From contig JADFNI010000002.1 of assembly GCA_022563455.1 (NCBI GenBank), positions 1-51,790 of the forward strand: a DNA stretch of 51,790 nt, read 5' to 3'. Position numbers and translations under genes: made by a program. Below the pieces are notes generated by a model. The model had not been told where the DNA came from, searched no databases, and was given only the letters and a program-made list of their open reading frames with translations. Shown in pieces: positions 37,388 through 45,559 of this stretch. Source of the stretch: Nanobdellota archaeon (lineage in GTDB: Archaea; Nanobdellota; Nanobdellia; Pacearchaeales; GW2011-AR1). Position 1 is the first letter of the stretch. Each line of letters starts with the position of its first letter.

Positions 37388-38010
37388 CGAGCAAAAGAAT
37401 GATCTTTTTGGGCTTGTTAGTTATAGCTGTGAGTCTATCCACATTTGTTTCTGCGGATACAGAATGTACTAATGAGGATTGTTCTGTTGGATTTTCTCTT
37501 AATGTTGTAGGAAGTCCTAGTTCTTTTTTTGGTTTTGTTAAAGACTTATTTAATGTACCGATTAATGGAACACTCGTAGAAATCTTAGGAACTAATTACT
37601 CGAATATAACTGTCGCTGGATTCTACAACATAACCCAAGAATCATTTGGAGCCTTCGATTTGAAAGCATCGAAATCTGGTTTTCTGAGTCAAACCAAGAC
37701 TAATCAATTAGTGGCAGAGGGGGGCGCAAAGCAGGTCGATTTTGATTTGTCAAAGGTTGGGGGAATTGGAGGTAATGTGGTTGATCTATTTACTCTTTTG
37801 GGGGTTGAAAATGCGAACGTAACCCTAAAAATTTATGGGTTATTTTTAGATTCAACTTTGACGGATTCTACTGGTAATTATTCTTTTGGGAATTTAGTCC
37901 CTGGTTATTATGAAATAATTGTGACAGCAAGTGAGTTTTTGACTAACACAAGACCCGACATTCACGTTTTAGGGGGAGAAAACACAGTTGTTAATTTTTG
38001 GATGTGGTAG
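37384..38010 (+). CDS. Secreted protein with two carboxypeptidase-regulatory-like (prealbumin-fold) domains
   Basis: Signal peptide ending VSA followed by DTECTNEDCSV. GNVVDLFTLLGVENANVTLK......TDSTGNYSFGNLVPGYYEIIVTASEF is a textbook CarboxypepD_reg pattern. Confidence 0.7.
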   Translation: MTSKRMIFLGLLVIAVSLSTFVSADTECTNEDCSVGFSLNVVGSPSSFFGFVKDLFNVPINGTLVEILGTNYSNITVAGFYNITQESFGAFDLKASKSGFLSQTKTNQLVAEGGAKQVDFDLSKVGGIGGNVVDLFTLLGVENANVTLKIYGLFLDSTLTDSTGNYSFGNLVPGYYEIIVTASEFLTNTRPDIHVLGGENTVVNFWMW

Positions 38011-38011
38011 T

Positions 38012-39730
38012 ATGAAGATGATGATTATTTTATTGATGATGTTTAGTGTATTTTTGTTAGCTGGGTCTGTTCTTGTGTCTGGATCTGTTTGGTCAAGTTA
38101 TGTTCTTGATGAAAAATCTGGGGCTGGAATTTTAGAGGTAAATATTAGTGCTGTTCTTTCTCTTGATGGAACCATTATGAACTCTACGTTTACAGATACT
38201 AACGGTTTTTTTAGTATTTTTGTGCCATTAGTTAATAATGTAAACGAGGCATTTAGATTTTCTGCTTCTAAGACAAATTATAAAAATACATTGACCCAAG
38301 CATGGCCCAACATGGCCTCTGATTTCACCCTTCCTATGAATATTTCTTTAGGCAAATTATTGTCTGGAACTATAGCCGGAAGAGTTACAGATCCTAACAT
38401 GGATGGCATTGGGGGGGCAAGCGTTTTTGCAACTCAGGCAAATGTAATAATAAATTCTACCTTGACAGATTCTAATGGGAATTATTCTCTTAGCTTACTA
38501 GATGGTACTTATACCTTTTTGATAACTGCTTCAGGACACTTGAATCAAACTATAACAAACGTAGTTGTTCTTGAAAATACAACTAGTACACAGGATTTTA
38601 CTCCTAGTTTAGAAAATATTCCTCCAGTAATTTTTAATGTTGATGCAACTTTGATTGCTTCCTCTGGAGCGGTGATAATATGGCAAACGGACGAGCTGGC
38701 TAATTCAAGTGTTTTTTACAATACTTTGGGCGCATCTAGTTTGGTTTCTGATTCTTCAACGCTTGTGACTTCTCATTTAGTAAGATTAAGCAGTTTGTCT
38801 CCTAGCACTTTGTATTTTTACAATGTAAATAGTTGTGATGCTTTGGGAAATTGCAATAGTTCCAGCACGTATAATTTTACAACTTCTGCTGTAGTGATTG
38901 ATTCTTGCGGTGACAATGTTTGTAGTAATGAGGAAAGTTGTTCAAGTTGTTCTTTAGATTGTGGAGCCTGTGGAGGGGGAATTGCAGAGTTAACTAACAT
39001 GACAAGAATTTTAAGACAGGGGTTTAAAATAATGTTTATGATTGAAGGAGAGGTGTATTATCTTGAACTTGTCGAGTTAACAAATACAACTGCTGTGATT
39101 ATTATTTCCTCAGAACCTCAACAAGCCACATTGAAAATTGGGGAGAGAAAAGGATTTGAAGTTACAGGGGATGAGTATTATGATGTTTTAGTTAAATTAA
39201 ATAATATAGAAGATGATAGAGCTAATTTGACTATCTCTTATATTCATAAAAATATCCTTCCAGAAAGACTATTTGATATAAAATTAGAGTTAGAAAATAG
39301 TTTAATAAAAAGTTTTGATGAACTTGTTGTAATTGCTACTTTTGAAAATTTTGGGACAGAACCAACACCTGTTACTTTGCTATTTACTATTTTAAACAAG
39401 AACGGAGAAGAAGTTCATAGTGAAGAGCACACTATTATTGTAGAAACAGAGGAAGTTTTTAGGAGAAGCTTTGCAGATGTTGATATTGACTTGCCTAACG
39501 GGAAATACACTTTTATTTTAACAACGCTATATAATGTGATTGTTGTAGATGAATTCAGACAAGAATTTGAGATTGAGAAAAGTGCTATAGTTAGAGTAAT
39601 TGAACAAATTAAAATTTGGCACATCTTTATGGTTTTTATTGTTATTTCGATATTTGCCTGGTATTTTATTTATAGGTTTAGAAAATTGAGAAGAATCCCT
39701 AAAAGTAGCAAGGGAGGGTCAAAGAAATGA
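38012..39730 (+). CDS. Anchored surface protein: 2 CarboxypepD_reg-like domains, an FN3-like domain, a CGD..C Cys knot, and the shared C-terminal tripartite module (ELT.TTA domain, LFDI..FENFGT domain, TM)
   Basis: ATG 38012 lies 1 nt after the upstream stop; the track start is TTG 37988. GRVTDPNMDGIGGASVFA....TDSNGNYSLSLLDGTYTFLITASGH. DSCGDNVCSNEESCSSCSLDCGAC. C-terminal TM IFMVFIVISIFAWYFIY with a basic tail. Confidence 0.8.
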   Translation: MKMMIILLMMFSVFLLAGSVLVSGSVWSSYVLDEKSGAGILEVNISAVLSLDGTIMNSTFTDTNGFFSIFVPLVNNVNEAFRFSASKTNYKNTLTQAWPNMASDFTLPMNISLGKLLSGTIAGRVTDPNMDGIGGASVFATQANVIINSTLTDSNGNYSLSLLDGTYTFLITASGHLNQTITNVVVLENTTSTQDFTPSLENIPPVIFNVDATLIASSGAVIIWQTDELANSSVFYNTLGASSLVSDSSTLVTSHLVRLSSLSPSTLYFYNVNSCDALGNCNSSSTYNFTTSAVVIDSCGDNVCSNEESCSSCSLDCGACGGGIAELTNMTRILRQGFKIMFMIEGEVYYLELVELTNTTAVIIISSEPQQATLKIGERKGFEVTGDEYYDVLVKLNNIEDDRANLTISYIHKNILPERLFDIKLELENSLIKSFDELVVIATFENFGTEPTPVTLLFTILNKNGEEVHSEEHTIIVETEEVFRRSFADVDIDLPNGKYTFILTTLYNVIVVDEFRQEFEIEKSAIVRVIEQIKIWHIFMVFIVISIFAWYFIYRFRKLRRIPKSSKGGSKK

Positions 39731-39733
39731 AAA

Positions 39734-40630
39734 ATGATTAAAAAAAGAAGTACAATAAAAAAAGGGATGATTAGTTTACTATTAATGTTCTTAATTCTTG
39801 GTTTTTTGCCACAAATTTATGCAGGAGAGGTCAGTTCTGCAGGAATTACAACCATTACAGAGGGTCTAGATGAGGGTTCGATTTTTGATTCAATTGAAAA
39901 AATTTACGAGATAAGTCCTTCACGCTTAAAAAAAGGATACTCCACAATATTAAATGAAAAGGAAGCATTTAGAATTCAAGTTGATGGAAGAGATTATTAT
40001 ATAATTCTTTGGGATGTTCTAGATGAGGGATCTGTAAATCTAATTTTTCCAAAAGAGAGACAATTAACTCTTGAAATTGGAGACATAGTTTTAGTAGATG
40101 TAAATAAAAATAATAAATTTGATGTTAGGTTGGAATTAAAACCAATTGAGGATATTAATTTAAATCAGAGCAAGAAAGCGAATCTTTTTATTAAGGAATT
40201 TGTTGAAAGTGAATTAATTCCAACAGGAGACTATTTCGAACTGTTTGACGTTACAGTCATATTAGTGGAGAAAGAAATTTATAATGCTCGAGAATTAGGT
40301 GCACTCATAACTTTTGAAAATTTTGGAGAAGGAGCGTCCGAAATAGAAATTGTTTATTCAATTATAGATTCAGACAATTTAGAAGTTTATCAGGGAGTAG
40401 ATTCTCTAGTTGTACAAACTGAAGACAGTGTGGTTAAGAATTTTAATTTTTTAGAATTGCCTTTTGGAAAATATATTTTAAGAACTGAGATATTTTATGG
40501 ACAAAATCAAACTGGAGAAAGTGAACAAGATTTTGAAATAGTCGAAGTACCCGTTTTTTTAATACTAAAAGAACCTTTATTCTTTATTTTGATAATTATT
40601 ATTCTATCAATGATCATTGGATATGTATGA
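39734..40630 (+). CDS. Anchored protein consisting almost only of the shared C-terminal tripartite module
   Basis: Signal/TM LLLMFLILGFLPQIYA. Divergent ELT.TTA-type domain (DGRDYYIILWDVLDEGSVNLIF..LTLEIGD). The FELFDV...ITFENFGEGASEIEIVYSIID domain. C-terminal TM LFFILIIIILSMIIGYV. Confidence 0.7.
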   Translation: MIKKRSTIKKGMISLLLMFLILGFLPQIYAGEVSSAGITTITEGLDEGSIFDSIEKIYEISPSRLKKGYSTILNEKEAFRIQVDGRDYYIILWDVLDEGSVNLIFPKERQLTLEIGDIVLVDVNKNNKFDVRLELKPIEDINLNQSKKANLFIKEFVESELIPTGDYFELFDVTVILVEKEIYNARELGALITFENFGEGASEIEIVYSIIDSDNLEVYQGVDSLVVQTEDSVVKNFNFLELPFGKYILRTEIFYGQNQTGESEQDFEIVEVPVFLILKEPLFFILIIIILSMIIGYV

Positions 40631-40668
40631 AGAGTTTCTAAAAGAGATATGGAAAAATTAAAGGAGAT

Positions 40669-42837
40669 ATGAAAATAGATATTTTAATAGTAGAAACCAT
40701 TAAGCGGATTTTTATCATTGGAATATTTTTAACATCCCTTAGCATGGTATATGCACAATCGATAAATATTACTAATCCATTGGGGGACGTAAATATTACT
40801 GCAGGGAATACTTTTAATATTGATTGGACTGGAGAAGATAATGACCATCACAAAATTGGTTACAGTACAGATCCCAGTGCAGCTTGTAGCGGCTCCTCTG
40901 GTTCTAGTGGGGAAGTGACTGGGTGGAATTTGATATGTCATCAAAGTTCTTGTAGCTCTCCTAAGAATATTTCTTTAGAACTTAATAGCTCGACGGTTAG
41001 GGTTAAAGTTACTGGACATAATGCAGGCCATACATCTATATCTGTAGATTGTTCAGATTTTTTCACAATTGCAAGTATACCCTCAGTTCCTACAAATTTA
41101 ATTTCTTCTGTTATTAATATAACTGCAACTAATCTTAGTTGGGATGCAGAATTATCTAGTGAACTTGTATCAAAATATTTAATATTTAGGGATAGCATTA
41201 ATATTGCAAATACGACTGATAATAATACTCTTAGCTATTTGGATACTGGTCTTAATTCATCACTTTATTATAATTATACAATTAGGAAAAATAATCCTAT
41301 TGGAGATTCTAGTTTTAGTAATTCTGTTAATGTGTCAACTTCTGCTGATGTAACTGCACCGGGAATCATTAGTAATTTAACTGCAATTGAAATTGGAGAT
41401 AATCATATATTTTGGAATTGGACTAACCCTAATAACGAAGACTTTAATCATACTTTAATATATAGAAATGGGGTTTTTCTTACAAATGTTTATTCTCCTA
41501 ATTCTTCTTATAACATGACTGGTCTTGCCACAAATACACCTTATACAATTTCCATAAGGACTGTAGATAATCTAAGCAATGTAAATTCAACTTATGTGAA
41601 TTTGAGTGCTACAACGACTGGTTCTTCTGGGGGAGATCCTGATCCTGGTGGAGGGGGTGGAGAAAGTGTAACTGTAAGCTCTCCCAATGGTGGTGAGACT
41701 TTAGAACCTTCTAGTTCTCATGATATAATTTGGAGCTCTTCTAATATTGATCATTTTGAAATATATTATTCTACTAATAGCGGGTCTAGTTGGACACTTT
41801 TGCAGTCTCATCCATATGGAAATTCTTCAACTATATCTTATTCTTGGACGTTGCAAGATTTTGAATCTTCTACTATGAGAGTAAGAGTTGACGGCCATGA
41901 CGAGGATCATGTCGTTAAAGCGACTGATAGTTCTAACTCAGATTTTTCTATTACTACTTCTTCAACTTCTGGTGGTGGTTCTGGTAGCGGGGGTGGTGGC
42001 ACTGAAAGTGTAAGTGAAACAACAGAAGTTGCTCCGACAATCTGGACTAAAACTTATGAAGAAGATGATACAGAACTGAGTGAAAAAGTTTTCGTTGAAA
42101 AAGTATTGGGGGAAAAGGAAAGTGTAAATGTTAAAATAAATGGTGAAACTCATACTGTTGGGGTAGTTGAATTAACAGAAACGACGGCATTAATTGAAGT
42201 TTCGTCTACTCCACAGCAGGTAACCTTGAATATTGGAGAAGAAAAAAAGTTCGAAGTTACTAATGATTCTTATTATGATATTTTAGTTAGTTTAAATAAT
42301 ATTACAAATGGAAAAGCCGATATTTCTATAATTTATATTCATGAGAAAATTCTTGAACCAAGTCAGCTATTTAATATAAAATTTGAATTGGAGGAGAATA
42401 CTATTAAGAGCATTTTTGAGCTTGTAGCAATTGTTACATTTGAGAATTTTGGTACAGTTGCAACTCCTGTGAATCTGACATTTATAATTTTGGATGAAGA
42501 AGGACGCGAAGTTTATAGGGAAGTCTCAAATATTACTCTGGAAGTTGAAGAAGTTTTGAGGTGGGATTATGGTTACATTGAAATTCTTCCTGAAGGAAAA
42601 TATATAGCAATCTTAGAGACTTTGTATGATTTGAATGTATCTGATGAATTCAAAGTTGAGTTTGAGATTAGTGAAAATGGATTCTTCTCATTGATTACTG
42701 GTAATGTTATTAAATTGCTTGGTAGGGAGGGTAGGTGGTGGTTAAGTTTGGTTGTTGGTCTTTGGATTACCTGCGTTATTTTTATTTTGATAAAATTAAG
42801 AAAAAGTAAAATCAAAATTATAAATAAAAGGAGGTGA
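40669..42837 (+). CDS. Anchored surface protein: two small beta-sandwich domains, two FN3-like domains, Gly-rich linkers, and the shared C-terminal tripartite module
   Basis: FN3-like PSVPTNLISSVINITATNLSWDA and APGIISNLTAIEIGDNHIFWNWTNP. HTVGVVELTETTALIEVSSTPQQVTLNIGEEKKFEVTNDSYYDILVSLNNI. LFNIKFEL..VTFENFGTVATPVNLTFIILDEEGREVYRE. GFFSLITGNVIKLLGREGRWWL followed by a TM. Confidence 0.85.
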   Translation: MKIDILIVETIKRIFIIGIFLTSLSMVYAQSINITNPLGDVNITAGNTFNIDWTGEDNDHHKIGYSTDPSAACSGSSGSSGEVTGWNLICHQSSCSSPKNISLELNSSTVRVKVTGHNAGHTSISVDCSDFFTIASIPSVPTNLISSVINITATNLSWDAELSSELVSKYLIFRDSINIANTTDNNTLSYLDTGLNSSLYYNYTIRKNNPIGDSSFSNSVNVSTSADVTAPGIISNLTAIEIGDNHIFWNWTNPNNEDFNHTLIYRNGVFLTNVYSPNSSYNMTGLATNTPYTISIRTVDNLSNVNSTYVNLSATTTGSSGGDPDPGGGGGESVTVSSPNGGETLEPSSSHDIIWSSSNIDHFEIYYSTNSGSSWTLLQSHPYGNSSTISYSWTLQDFESSTMRVRVDGHDEDHVVKATDSSNSDFSITTSSTSGGGSGSGGGGTESVSETTEVAPTIWTKTYEEDDTELSEKVFVEKVLGEKESVNVKINGETHTVGVVELTETTALIEVSSTPQQVTLNIGEEKKFEVTNDSYYDILVSLNNITNGKADISIIYIHEKILEPSQLFNIKFELEENTIKSIFELVAIVTFENFGTVATPVNLTFIILDEEGREVYREVSNITLEVEEVLRWDYGYIEILPEGKYIAILETLYDLNVSDEFKVEFEISENGFFSLITGNVIKLLGREGRWWLSLVVGLWITCVIFILIKLRKSKIKIINKRR

Positions 42838-42839
42838 CT

Positions 42840-42938
42840 ATGAAAAACAAAACATGCAAAAAGTGTAATGAGAAATTTTGTCCTAAGTGTGGCAGGGGAT
42901 GTAAATGTAAATCTTGCACATGTAAAAAAGTAAATTAG
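42840..42938 (+). CDS. Unannotated 32-aa Cys/Lys-rich mini-protein (zinc-finger / metallothionein-like)
   Basis: Hand translation: MKNKTCKKCNEKFCPKCGRGCKCKSCTCKKVN, with 8 Cys and 10 Lys. GGAGG at 42830-34 lies 5 nt before the ATG. The ATG is 2 nt after the upstream stop. Absent from the ORF track (too short). Confidence 0.5.
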   Translation: MKNKTCKKCNEKFCPKCGRGCKCKSCTCKKVN

Positions 42939-43045
42939 GGTAAAATGTTTCATTTTAAAACTAATTTCCGTTGATAAGTTTCAAATTTCAAACTTAAGTT
43001 TATAATAATATGATCATTAGTGTTAACGTTAATGGGTTGTCAAAA

Positions 43046-43264
43046 ATGAGAGAGGAAAAGATGGAAAAGATTATTGAAGTTTTAAAGAAAGAGCCTACCA
43101 GAGGATTTACTATAACCGAGATGGTAAAAAGTTCTAATTTATCTCGTCATATTGTGTTAAAAACTCTAACGCGATTGGAAGGGGCTGAAAGAGTTTCGAT
43201 TAGAAATGCTGGTATGGCTAAGATTTATTCGTTGAAAAAAAGTTCAACAGGCAGGCGAAAATAA
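43046..43264 (+). CDS. Winged-helix DNA-binding protein, paralog of 18088..18300, closing the island
   Basis: MREEKMEKIIEVLKKEPTRGFTITEMVKSSNLSRHIVLKTLTRLEGAERVSIRNAGMAKIYSL aligns end to end with the 70-aa protein. The track start 43010 adds 12 unaligned residues and would cover the palindrome TTAACGTTAA (43023..43032). Confidence 0.7.
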   Translation: MREEKMEKIIEVLKKEPTRGFTITEMVKSSNLSRHIVLKTLTRLEGAERVSIRNAGMAKIYSLKKSSTGRRK

Positions 43265-43425
43265 AATATCTCACTCTAAAGGGAGAGATATCTAAATAAA
43301 ATAAATAAACAAAATGCGATCACAAATAAATTCAAGATTGAGAAGAAGAATAGAATTAAATTTTATAAGGAGGACAGCGATTCTTCACTCGGTTTGAAGG
43401 TTGAAGTATCCTTGCTGTAGATGTA

Positions 43426-44547
43426 ATGAAAGACAATAGTTTTAATTTAAACAGGTTTTTATTTGGAAGCACTAAAAAAAAATTGATCTTAGGTTTTTTA
43501 ATAATTATTTTGTTAGTTGGAGTTGTATGGTATGTAGATTCTACCAAATTATTTGGAGTAAAAGAAGTAGCCATCCAGCAAGAAAAGGTGAGAGAGGTAG
43601 TTTTGTATAATTGGGAAGAATATACTGATCTTTCTATATTGGAGGATTTTGAAAAGGAGTATGGGATAAAAGTAAGGCTGGAGGAATATGGCCAGGCATT
43701 TGAGATGACTTCCTCACTTTATTCAGATTCTTCCAGGTATGATATTGTTGTCACAGACGGTCATTCCATAACAGCTTTGGCTAAAGCAAGGCTCCTTGCT
43801 GAATTAGACTTTGATAAGTTACCTAATTTTATCCATATAAACCCTGAATTTAAAGATCTTTATTTTGATCCGGAAAATAAATATTATATTCCGTATTTAT
43901 TTGGAACAACAGGCTTGGGTGTAAATACTAAATTCGTAACTGAACCAATAACAAGTTGGAATGACCTCTATGATCCAAAATACAAAGGAAAGATTGCTTT
44001 ACTAGACGACCCTCGTGAAGTTATGACTGTAGTATTGCAGTCTATGGGTGTATCAACAAACACAAGAGATGTACAGGTATTGAAGGACGCAGAAAAGAAA
44101 GCGAATCAGTTAAAGGAAAATGACGTTATTCTCTCAGACTACTTTCCTTTGCAACAAGAACTGATAGACGGAGATAAGTGGATTGTGATGGCGTACAGTG
44201 GAGATTTATTGAAAGCAACGCAGGACAATCCTGAAATAGTTTATATTCTTCCAGAAGAAGGATCAACTAAATGGCTTGATAACTATGTTATTTTGGCACA
44301 ATCAAAGAATATTGAATCAGCACATCTGTTTCTTAATTTTGTGATGAGACCTGAGATCGCAGCAAGAATTTCGAACAGCCAATTTTATGCAAGTCCGAAT
44401 AAAGATGCGAAAAGCATGATTAATTCAGATATATTGTCTAATCCGATAATTTATCCGTCAGAAAGTGAATTACGAAATAGTGAATATATTCTTGATGCGG
44501 GGGAATCACAAAGCGAATACAATAGAATTTATAGTCTGATAAAATAA
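43426..44547 (+). CDS. PotD/PotF-like polyamine-type solute-binding protein, N-terminally TM-tethered
   Basis: VVLYNWEEYTDLSILEDFEKEYGIKV, YDIVVTDGH, YYIPYLFGTTGLGVNTKFV, ITSWNDLYDPKYKGKIALLDDPREV. N-terminal TM LILGFLIIILLVGVVWYV. No permease or ATPase gene is nearby. Confidence 0.75.
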   Translation: MKDNSFNLNRFLFGSTKKKLILGFLIIILLVGVVWYVDSTKLFGVKEVAIQQEKVREVVLYNWEEYTDLSILEDFEKEYGIKVRLEEYGQAFEMTSSLYSDSSRYDIVVTDGHSITALAKARLLAELDFDKLPNFIHINPEFKDLYFDPENKYYIPYLFGTTGLGVNTKFVTEPITSWNDLYDPKYKGKIALLDDPREVMTVVLQSMGVSTNTRDVQVLKDAEKKANQLKENDVILSDYFPLQQELIDGDKWIVMAYSGDLLKATQDNPEIVYILPEEGSTKWLDNYVILAQSKNIESAHLFLNFVMRPEIAARISNSQFYASPNKDAKSMINSDILSNPIIYPSESELRNSEYILDAGESQSEYNRIYSLIK

Positions 44548-44553
44548 GTCACA

Positions 44554-45501
44554 ATGGTAAAAAGACTACAGGCCAAAATATTATTTTACTTTTTTATTAT
44601 TGCACTTGTTCCCATCATCATCATAGCTTCTTTGGCTGTAATTCAATCCAAAAAAGCAGTAGAAAATGGAGTAACTCAAGATTTTAAACAAATAGCAGAA
44701 GGATTATATGCTAACATAAACAGGGACGTTCTTAAAGGTTTTGAGGATATTGAGCTTCTGGCAACTAACCCCATAATTGCAGTAGAGAATATAGAAGCTG
44801 GAGAAAAGAGAGAGGAGTTATTCAAATTAAAGCAAATTTTTAGGGTATATGAAGATATAACATTAATTGATGTGGAAGGAAAGGTTATTACTTCTACAGA
44901 TTACAACTTTCGTGGTGCTTGGAGATATAAGGAAGGGTTCCAGGAAGCATTAAGTGGCTCTTCTGTTATCTCCAATGTTCATATAATACCTAATCCTTTT
45001 AAAGTAATAATTAGTTTTACAGCTCCTGTAGTTGATAAAGACTTCAACATTATCGCCGTTGTATCTGCACAACTAAATATGGAAAACATCTGGGAAATAA
45101 CAGATAGCGTCAAAATTGGTGAAACTGGATTTTCTTTTGTGCTAGATGAAAATTATAGGATTATAGCTCATCCTGATAAGGATAGGATTCTTAGTAATGT
45201 AGGTGAGGATGTGGTAATGCTTATTTCTGACAAAGCAGATTTTATGAAGTATACTGACAATGGTGATAATATTATTGGGAATTATTTTTTGAAAGATAAA
45301 CATAAAGATTATAGAAAACTATCAGCCCCATCTGTAGGTTGGACAGTAATGGTTGTTCAGAATGAGAAAGAAATTTTTTCAACAGTAAATGAATTAAAAA
45401 ATCAAATTATCTTATTTAGCGCACTGTTGCTTGTTATTGTAATACTCTTGAGTTTAAGTTTATCCCATTCCATCTTAAAACTCATTAAAGGAGGAAAATG
45501 A
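44554..45501 (+). CDS. Output-less Cache-like sensor-domain protein (TM, extracytoplasmic domain, TM)
   Basis: N-terminal TM ILFYFFIIALVPIIIIASLAV. IGETGFSFVLDENYRIIAHPD and GWTVMVVQNEKEIF. A second TM (IILFSALLLVIVILLSLSL) leaves ~13 residues before the stop. Confidence 0.6.
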   Translation: MVKRLQAKILFYFFIIALVPIIIIASLAVIQSKKAVENGVTQDFKQIAEGLYANINRDVLKGFEDIELLATNPIIAVENIEAGEKREELFKLKQIFRVYEDITLIDVEGKVITSTDYNFRGAWRYKEGFQEALSGSSVISNVHIIPNPFKVIISFTAPVVDKDFNIIAVVSAQLNMENIWEITDSVKIGETGFSFVLDENYRIIAHPDKDRILSNVGEDVVMLISDKADFMKYTDNGDNIIGNYFLKDKHKDYRKLSAPSVGWTVMVVQNEKEIFSTVNELKNQIILFSALLLVIVILLSLSLSHSILKLIKGGK

Positions 45502-45506
45502 AAAAA

Positions 45507-45530
45507 ATGAAAATGAAAATGAAAATGAAA
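45507..45530 (+). repeat. (ATGAAA)x4 hexanucleotide microsatellite inside an 18-codon mini-ORF (45498..45554) between two Cache genes
   Basis: Read directly. The mini-ORF MKKMKMKMKMKEKSKELI starts in an ATGA overlap with the upstream stop. The first 15 nt (atgaaaaaaatgaaa) are identical to the start of the next gene at 45560. Confidence 0.8.
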
Positions 45531-45559
45531 GAAAAATCAAAGGAACTGATCTGAAAAAA

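Noticed and set aside
42573-42953. 126-aa minus-strand ORF spanning the end of the 722-aa gene
   Set aside because: It is antisense to a well-supported conserved module and to the Cys-rich mini-ORF, which has much better start context.
43266-43292. Imperfect hairpin ATATCTC..GAGATAT right after the second wHTH gene, a candidate terminator
   Set aside because: The stem is imperfect beyond 7 bp and is not followed by a T-run. That is not enough to call a terminator.
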